Shown here: piece after piece, positions 57,742 to 64,000 of the stretch
Layout: the number at the start of each line of letters is the position of its first letter
How positions within the stretch are numbered: the first letter of the stretch is position 1
NCBI GenBank assembly: GCA_965205975.1
Contig: OZ242195.1
Coordinates: forward strand, 2,464,001-2,528,000
From: Candidatus Latescibacterota bacterium
Lineage (GTDB): Bacteria > Latescibacterota > UBA2968
DNA: 64,000 nucleotides
Direction: 5' to 3'
Made by a program: the position numbers and the translations under genes
The notes under the pieces: model-generated
The model's database searches: none
What the model was told of the DNA's origin: nothing
What the model saw: only the letters and a program-made list of their open reading frames with translations

Positions 57742-58788
57742 TCATCTCACTTTTTCAACAAACGGCCACATAAGATCGCTGTAGAAGCGGTGGCCCGCGG
57801 CACCGTAGTGGTGTTCGACGTGATCGGGCACACCGGCGACCTCGTAGAGACGCGCAATACCTTTGACTGCGCGATCGACTTCGGGTACAGGGAATAGCGT
57901 ATCCTGTTTCCCATTCACAATACAGAGATGGCGCGGGGCAATAAGACCTGTAACATCCCAAATCTCGCCAAAGCGCAAAATGCCGGGCACGCCATTGCAA
58001 TCGCAATGGTGAATCAAACCACTGGTGCCCACAAGCGTACAAAAAGAACAACTTGGCACAGCAATAGTAATGCGGGGATCAACCGCGGCGGCATAGCAGG
58101 TAATCACCCCACCGCCCGAATTGCCCATAACCAGAATCGTAGATGTATCGATCTCGGGAATATCCTGTGCCCAATCAATAAGACGCATCACATCCCACAC
58201 GCGCTCACCCGTCGCCGTGCGCCCGGCGAGCAAAGCATGCATGAACTGGCTGCGGCAATCGCGGTTATCGTGGCGCTTGTTAATATCGGGAATAGCCGTA
58301 GTACTCGTACCGCGGGCAGCGGGCGCAATAGCGGCAAACCCGCGCCTGACCGCCTGAACAGCAACATCGCGGTCTTCGGCCTCGATCTTCTTGCGATGGT
58401 CGTCATCGCGCGATTTCCCAATATACGTATCCATTCCGTATTTATCGTGTCCATGAGGCAAAACAGCGAGCGGGAAAGGGCCATCACCCCTGGGCAGGAG
58501 ATACCAGAACGGCAAACCAAAACGCGGCTCGGTAGTAATAACGCCGGGTTGCAACGTATAATCGCCCATATCTTGTGCTGCACTGAGTTGCACCTGAATC
58601 GTGTGATCGCCCAGAGACGCGCCAATACTTTCAAGGCCCAGCATATGCTGAAGCACCGGACGCGCCTCGTCTTGCCATTGAAAAAAAGATTCGCGATCAA
58701 CTGCTCGACACGCGACATAGCGCAGTTCATCGGCATAAAGAGAATCGAGATAGGTGCGAACAGCACCGCTGTGTTCGGGATGTTCCAT
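57742..58788 (-). CDS. Alpha/beta hydrolase (dienelactone hydrolase/acetyl esterase-like)
   Basis: HGH, GNSGGG nucleophile elbow, LIAPR, D..F, GH. Confidence 0.85.
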   Translation of the reverse strand: MEHPEHSGAVRTYLDSLYADELRYVACRAVDRESFFQWQDEARPVLQHMLGLESIGASLGDHTIQVQLSAAQDMGDYTLQPGVITTEPRFGLPFWYLLPRGDGPFPLAVLPHGHDKYGMDTYIGKSRDDDHRKKIEAEDRDVAVQAVRRGFAAIAPAARGTSTTAIPDINKRHDNRDCRSQFMHALLAGRTATGERVWDVMRLIDWAQDIPEIDTSTILVMGNSGGGVITCYAAAVDPRITIAVPSCSFCTLVGTSGLIHHCDCNGVPGILRFGEIWDVTGLIAPRHLCIVNGKQDTLFPVPEVDRAVKGIARLYEVAGVPDHVEHHYGAAGHRFYSDLMWPFVEKVR

Positions 58789-58813
58789 ATTGAATAACCT
58801 TTCGAGGAAAAAA

Positions 58814-59578
58814 ATGGCAGACACACTGCGAGAAGTACTGGATTTTGCAACAGATGCCGCCTGGCAAGCCGGGCGGATCACGCTACAGTATTTTCAGACC
58901 GGCGTCGAAGTAGAGGAAAAGGCGGATGAATCACCTGTAACAGCCGCAGATAAAGGAGCTGAAACAAAATTGCGGGAAATGATCGAAACGCGCTTTCCCA
59001 ATGACGGCATTGTGGGAGAAGAGCACGAAGACAAACAAGGCACAACCGGACGACGGTGGATTTTAGACCCCATTGACGGCACAAAATCATTCGTACACGG
59101 CGTACCGCTCTACGGGGTAATGGTCGGCGTAGAGGTCGAGGACAAACCCGCCGTTGGCGTCGTTCATTTTCCAGCACTAAATGAAATGATTTGTGCTGCC
59201 AGTGGATTGGGTTGCACATGGAATGGTCGCCCCGCAAAGGTATCTGATATATCGGATATTCAGGACGCAACCGTGATTTTGACCGATTTCGTGAATGGGC
59301 ATGGGCGAGGCGAAGCCATAAACCGGATTTGCTCACGCGCCAAACTCGTGCGCGGCTGGGGCGATTGTTATGGCCACATGCTCGTCGCAACCGGGCGTGC
59401 AGAAATCATGCTCGACCCCATTATGAGCGTATGGGATTGCGCCGCCCTCGCGCCCATCCTGAAAGAAGCGGGCGGCACATTCACGACGTGGAGCGGCGAA
59501 GCGACCATCTGGGGCAACGAAGCCGTGGGCACAAACGGAGCGTTGTTCGAAGAAGTAATGCAATTGATAAAAGGGTAA
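58814..59578 (+). CDS. hisN: Histidinol-phosphatase, inositol monophosphatase family
   Basis: SPVTAAD, GEE, WILDPIDGTKSF, WGDCYG, WDCAA...EAGG. Confidence 0.8.
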   Translation: MADTLREVLDFATDAAWQAGRITLQYFQTGVEVEEKADESPVTAADKGAETKLREMIETRFPNDGIVGEEHEDKQGTTGRRWILDPIDGTKSFVHGVPLYGVMVGVEVEDKPAVGVVHFPALNEMICAASGLGCTWNGRPAKVSDISDIQDATVILTDFVNGHGRGEAINRICSRAKLVRGWGDCYGHMLVATGRAEIMLDPIMSVWDCAALAPILKEAGGTFTTWSGEATIWGNEAVGTNGALFEEVMQLIKG

Positions 59579-59580
59579 TT

Positions 59581-60780
59581 TTACCCCGCAAATATCGAGC
59601 GATTTGATATGCCACAGATGTGGTCTTCGCGCATAAAACCGGGAACAAATTGGGCGGTTCGGCCAGAAGGTGCCACACCTGTATAGTAGCCCGAAAATTG
59701 TTCATTGAAAGTAGTCAAACGGTCGCGCGAAGCCTCACTACTCTCCGCAGCCACAATGTACGCATTGTTAAAAACCCCATTTTCTATTAGCCCTGTGCCG
59801 CCTGCTGCCACGATATGCCCATCAATCGTATTGAGAATAGCATCTGCATCGTCTCCCCCCACACCGCTCACGAGTACCTCGGAGACCCCCTGCCGCCGAA
59901 TGGCTGTCCAGGTACTAAACCCATCGACAATCTCCCCCGAGCGATCAATAGCGACATCGCCGGTAACACAGCGCGGTTGGGGTTCAACAATGCCATCGAG
60001 ATTGGGAATGCGCGAGACCGGATAAATTCTACCTGCAGGGCGGTGGTCGCCAAAATAATCGGCAATCACTTCGCGCACAGTTTCAATGCGCGCCCAGGTT
60101 GCCGAAGGATTGTCGTCAATCGCCACGAGAACCTCGAGATGTGCAGTCTGCGTTCTGAAATCCACATTGTCAGCCGCGAGCTTTTTTTCGTACTGTTCTA
60201 CGAGCACAAATTCCATCTCTTGCTTGAGATCATCCCCAAGTGTCGTAACCGTATTGCCTCCGGCATCGGTGTGCATCACCGACGCACCACTGGGTTGGTG
60301 ATCGGTCCACGCACCGTATTCGATCTTCCCATCGCCAAAGGAAATATCCTCGCCCGTAACAGCTTTAATTTCCACCTCAAAAAGTGCTACTGGATCTGGA
60401 AACCCTTCCCCATGGGTAAAACGCGCCATGCGATTAGATTTGAGTTCACAACCCGTCACAGCATCAATCATAGGGCCATATACGGCATTAAACGCATCTC
60501 GGTAAGCCTCGCAGTCTTCACGGCGATCAGATGGCGTCGTCCACAGGACATCGGTTTTGTACACATCACCCCAATTTGCGCCCCCGCGAACAAGGCCCAG
60601 ACTCAGATTCTCAATGGTGCCAAACCACTCTGACCCGAGTTCATTGGGATACTGCGTGCCCACATTGCCGCTGGGTTCAACGAGGCGCACGACCTGGTCG
60701 TCGTCATAAGTCATAACGACTTCGGCTGTACTACAAAAAATGGGAATAGGCTTGTGACGGATAATATTGACGCTTGCCAT
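59581..60780 (-). CDS. Hypothetical protein with three RidA/YjgF-like repeats
   Basis: Three segments each ending in a F/Y...R...V/G...E/G pattern (NRMARF..LFEVE; RPAGRIYPV..IVEP; APSGRTAQFV..ICGI). Confidence 0.5.
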   Translation of the reverse strand: MASVNIIRHKPIPIFCSTAEVVMTYDDDQVVRLVEPSGNVGTQYPNELGSEWFGTIENLSLGLVRGGANWGDVYKTDVLWTTPSDRREDCEAYRDAFNAVYGPMIDAVTGCELKSNRMARFTHGEGFPDPVALFEVEIKAVTGEDISFGDGKIEYGAWTDHQPSGASVMHTDAGGNTVTTLGDDLKQEMEFVLVEQYEKKLAADNVDFRTQTAHLEVLVAIDDNPSATWARIETVREVIADYFGDHRPAGRIYPVSRIPNLDGIVEPQPRCVTGDVAIDRSGEIVDGFSTWTAIRRQGVSEVLVSGVGGDDADAILNTIDGHIVAAGGTGLIENGVFNNAYIVAAESSEASRDRLTTFNEQFSGYYTGVAPSGRTAQFVPGFMREDHICGISNRSIFAG

Positions 60781-60869
60781 AGAGAGAAATCCTTTGTTTT
60801 GGGGTTACCAGAAATTCGGTTTTCTACAAGATAGAGCTTGAAATACACAATGTCAATGCACGCGGAAGA

Positions 60870-61622
60870 TCAGCTATCGTTGGATTGAAAAAACGCCCGC
60901 GCTTCGGCCAGAGACTCGCGGTTACCAATATCGAGAACACCGCCATCAATATCGTAAGCATAAACAGTTTCGCATGTATGCAACCACTCCAAAAAATGCC
61001 CGGGCGCATCGGGATTGCCCCCGTTGGCAATATATTCTTTAAAACGGGGCAGTATCGACGCCGGATAAATATAAACCGGCGATGCCGACCACTCGGAAAT
61101 AGGTCTATCGGGTTTTTCAATAAATTGCAAAACGCGATTATCTTTGTCTAACCGGACATTGCCCCGGCACTTGCGATCATCGTAGTCGGGATTGTGGCGC
61201 ACGGCAATATGGGAGACGGGATTGCATTTGAATTTATTGACCAATTTTTGGAGGGAAAACAGCAGAATATTATCCGCAGCGAGAACGAGGACATCGTCGG
61301 CAATATCGCGCGCTTCAATCGCAAACTGGATATCGCCCACAGCCCCCAAACGATTGTCATTAGAGGTCGTACCATCGTCGAGTATCTCAGTCTCCACCCC
61401 GGTCTTTATCGCTCTATTTGCACGCGCCCAATCGGCAAAGTGCCCGTAAAATCGGCGATTGGTCACCACATAAACACCATCGATATCTGCAATAGCTTTA
61501 ATCTGTTCAAGCAAGTGATCGAGAATCGTCTTGCCCCCTACCTTGAGCAGAGGCTTGGGAAAATTTTTGGTAAGAGGATACAGCCGCGTGGCGTATCCCG
61601 CCGCAAGAATAATAGCTTTCAC
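60870..61622 (-). CDS. Sugar-1-phosphate nucleotidyltransferase family protein
   Basis: KAIILAAGYATRLYPLT..PKPLL, FIEKP, DIG. Confidence 0.92.
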   Translation of the reverse strand: MKAIILAAGYATRLYPLTKNFPKPLLKVGGKTILDHLLEQIKAIADIDGVYVVTNRRFYGHFADWARANRAIKTGVETEILDDGTTSNDNRLGAVGDIQFAIEARDIADDVLVLAADNILLFSLQKLVNKFKCNPVSHIAVRHNPDYDDRKCRGNVRLDKDNRVLQFIEKPDRPISEWSASPVYIYPASILPRFKEYIANGGNPDAPGHFLEWLHTCETVYAYDIDGGVLDIGNRESLAEARAFFQSNDS

Positions 61623-62800
61623 AGAATCCTGACTCCATCGTCGGGTTGACAAATAAAAACCGGGGCATTTTTTGACAAATCGAGATATTTGATGCGATAA
61701 GCCGATTGAACCTGTTCAATCGCTACACTGGATTTTTGGGGATTAACCAGCGCAACACAACAACCCCGAAAACCAGCACCGCTAAACCTGGCACCGTAAA
61801 TCCCATCGGTTTCAATGAGAATACGATAGAGATCAATGAGAGGTTTACTACCGCATTCGTAATTCTCAATAGAACTGCGCCCCGATTCGGCGATCAGCCT
61901 GCCAAACGTCTTGAGGTCGCCAGCGCGCCAGGCATCAATACCCAGACGCACGCGCTCAGATTCTGTAAAAAAATGTCTGGCGCGTTTGGCAGGGGCGCCG
62001 CTTAACAGGTTTTTATGCATTTTGTATTCTTCAAAAGCAATATTGCCAAGCAGAGGTTCTCGATCGGAACGCCCCACGGCATTGAGCAATATTCGCGCTG
62101 CCTGGGCGCATTCATCTACCCGCGTGTTATACCCCGTCGAAACCAGAGCCTCGCGCAAACCCGATTGGGCAATCAGAATATCAAAGTCTGGCATAGTATT
62201 GGACCGGGGAATCAATTCGTGCGTAGCCGAAGCGCAATCAATCACCGTGAGAAAGCCCTTTTGCGATAACAAAATCGCCGATTGATCCAGAATGCCATTT
62301 TTGAGACCGAGGTAGCCATTTTCAATCGCCTGATCAAGCTGAATATTATCTGCGGGCGACAGGGACAAATCATTGGCCTCTTCATAAGCGAGCAAATACG
62401 CCACGCCAATCGCGGCCGAAGAACTCAACCCCCCTTCGTTCATTCTGCCCGCCGTAAGCCCCGTAATTCCGCGCGTGAGTTTATGGCCTTCTTGCTGCAA
62501 TGCGCGCACTGCGCCACGCGGAAAATTGCCCCAATCCCCATCTATTTTGTCGGGCACATCGTCCAGTGCAAACGAGACCTCGCCCTCAAAAGTAAGACTC
62601 TGAAGATGCGTATTCCCATCGCCCGATAGCGCGAAAGCGAGGTACACAGCCTGATCAATAGCCATAGCCGTAACCTGCCCGAGCTGGTGATCAATATGTG
62701 CGCCAAGCGGACATATCCGATAGGGCGATCGTACAACGCGCACATCGGCAGGTGCAACACCAAATCGGCGATTCATTTCAGTTTTGAGTTGATCTATCAT
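61619..62800 (-). CDS. GHMP sugar kinase, galacturonokinase/galactokinase-like
   Basis: SPYRICPLGAHIDHQ, GLSSSAA, GILDQ, GARFSGAGFRGC. Confidence 0.88.
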   Translation of the reverse strand: MIDQLKTEMNRRFGVAPADVRVVRSPYRICPLGAHIDHQLGQVTAMAIDQAVYLAFALSGDGNTHLQSLTFEGEVSFALDDVPDKIDGDWGNFPRGAVRALQQEGHKLTRGITGLTAGRMNEGGLSSSAAIGVAYLLAYEEANDLSLSPADNIQLDQAIENGYLGLKNGILDQSAILLSQKGFLTVIDCASATHELIPRSNTMPDFDILIAQSGLREALVSTGYNTRVDECAQAARILLNAVGRSDREPLLGNIAFEEYKMHKNLLSGAPAKRARHFFTESERVRLGIDAWRAGDLKTFGRLIAESGRSSIENYECGSKPLIDLYRILIETDGIYGARFSGAGFRGCCVALVNPQKSSVAIEQVQSAYRIKYLDLSKNAPVFICQPDDGVRIL

Positions 62801-62861
62801 GAGTAGTCAGTTATCAATTGTCAGCGACCAAATACATTACCAAAAAAGGAGAACAACCGCA

Positions 62862-63890
62862 ATGCCACAAATCAAAATAGGCAAAGGTATTGGCGATATT
62901 TCAAAACAGACATTGCGCTTTTATCGACAAATTGGGGTCGATGCGGTATCGATACCAACGCGATGGCGTACAGAACCGGGAACTGGCGAACGCAAACTGG
63001 TACCGCCGACACAAACGGGACCAAAAGGCGCGCAGGGTGGGATATGGGACGAACGAGAATTGCAACGCATCAAAGCGAGGATCGAATCATTTGATCTAAT
63101 GCCTCTCATCGCGGGACTGGGTATTTCAGGGCGCGTATTAATGGGCCAACCGGGCAGAGAAGACGATTTGGAAATTATAAAAGCCAATATCGAAATCGCA
63201 GGACGGCTGGGACTGCGGGCATTGAACTACAGTTTCACAGCCCTCAGAGCCTCAGAAGGATATGCGGCGCAGCGAGGTGTGGGACGCGGTGGCGCAGATC
63301 TGCGAGATTTTGACAACGAGCGGATCGCCAATCTCCCACCTCTTAATTCAATCGGACGAATTGGGATGGATGAAATGTGGGACAACCTGACCTATTTTTT
63401 GAAAAACGCAGTCCCAACGGCAGAAAAAGCGGGTGTACAGTTGGCCGCACATCCCAATGATCCACCGGTTCCAGAATATCGCGGCGTTGCCCAACCCCTG
63501 GGCGATATCGCGGGCATGCAACGGTTGATCGAAGTGATAGACAGCCCATCAAATTGCATTTTTTACGACACGGGCGTAATGACGGAAAAAGGCGCGGATG
63601 CAGTCGAGATGATTCGCTATTTTGGATCGCGGAATCGCATTGGAACCGTGCATTTCCGAAACGTGAAAGTGGAAATACCTCGATTTAAGTATATCGAGAC
63701 CTTTCACGACGACGGCGAATGCGATATGTTTGCCTGCGTTCAGGCATTTCAAGAGGTGGGTTACAACGGCATGATCGACCCCGACCACACGCCGGGCATC
63801 CTCGGCGATACACCAGATACGCGCATTGGCTGGGCGTATGCCATCGGTCAAATGGTGGCAATGCGAAATGCCGTAGAAAAAAACAAATAA
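62862..63890 (+). CDS. uxuA: Mannonate dehydratase-family protein
   Basis: WDNLTYFL, LAAHPNDPP, VHFRNV, ETFHDDG, PDHTP, AYAIG. Confidence 0.85.
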   Translation: MPQIKIGKGIGDISKQTLRFYRQIGVDAVSIPTRWRTEPGTGERKLVPPTQTGPKGAQGGIWDERELQRIKARIESFDLMPLIAGLGISGRVLMGQPGREDDLEIIKANIEIAGRLGLRALNYSFTALRASEGYAAQRGVGRGGADLRDFDNERIANLPPLNSIGRIGMDEMWDNLTYFLKNAVPTAEKAGVQLAAHPNDPPVPEYRGVAQPLGDIAGMQRLIEVIDSPSNCIFYDTGVMTEKGADAVEMIRYFGSRNRIGTVHFRNVKVEIPRFKYIETFHDDGECDMFACVQAFQEVGYNGMIDPDHTPGILGDTPDTRIGWAYAIGQMVAMRNAVEKNK

Positions 63891-63921
63891 AAAAGCCCCA
63901 ACGCTTTTCCGCGTTGGGGCT
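63889..63921 (-). terminator. Terminator hairpin between convergent genes
   Basis: AGCCCCAACGC-ttttcc-GCGTTGGGGCT with an A-tract on the left. Confidence 0.8.
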
Positions 63922-63938
63922 ACATGTGATGTTGTGTG

Positions 63939-64000
63939 TCAGAAACTGAGAACACTATAAACCAGAGTAATCGCAAAAATTACGCCTATAATGCCCATGG
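63939..64000 (-). CDS. 3' end of a membrane protein running off the window
   Basis: ...MGIIGVIFAITLVYSVLSF* followed by the terminator. Confidence 0.5.
   Translation of the reverse strand, partial: MGIIGVIFAITLVYSVLSF

Noticed and set aside
1..64000. Numerous long antisense or alternate-frame ORFs (e.g. 15849-17129, 9720-10640, 57928-58797, 5104-5880); tRNA and rRNA genes
   Set aside because: The ORFs are shadows of well-supported genes, and no tRNA cloverleaf or rRNA-like sequence was recognised by eye

Overview
Bacterial genomic window, moderately GC-rich with AT-richer inserts. The sulfatase, heparinase and oxidoreductase content suggests a glycan-degrading environmental or host-associated lineage; taxonomy cannot be fixed from the sequence alone. 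Housekeeping and metabolic genes include polA, frdABCD, two tandem glnK-amtB pairs, a hisN-like phosphatase, uxuA, a GHMP kinase with a nucleotidyltransferase, an arylsulfatase and a GH13-like protein. No rRNA, tRNA or CRISPR array was seen. The main candidate for a new system is a minus-strand locus at about 18.8-41.2 kb. It combines an export machine (four ABC-2 permeases, ABC ATPase, TolC and an unusual hairpin/Ig-domain membrane protein) with an AT-richer cargo. The cargo encodes two paralogous small secreted Cys-rich proteins (conserved leader, divergent core, each followed by its own permease), a double DsbA protein (CxxC plus CxxS), four glycosyltransferases, a heparinase II/III-like protein and a CBM9-like protein. 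It lies behind a long leader with a poly-G tract. Other highlights: (i) two unannotated Trp-rich leader peptides forming tandem attenuators upstream of a TrpRS that lacks KMSKS; (ii) a TnpB-only IS200/IS605 element whose empty site can be reconstructed inside the last codons of the GH13 gene; (iii) a defence-like stretch with an MmeI-type R-M gene, an HNH fusion followed by an ART-like gene, and an ABC-ATPase/PIN pair; (iv) a protein with three tandem RidA/YjgF-like repeats.
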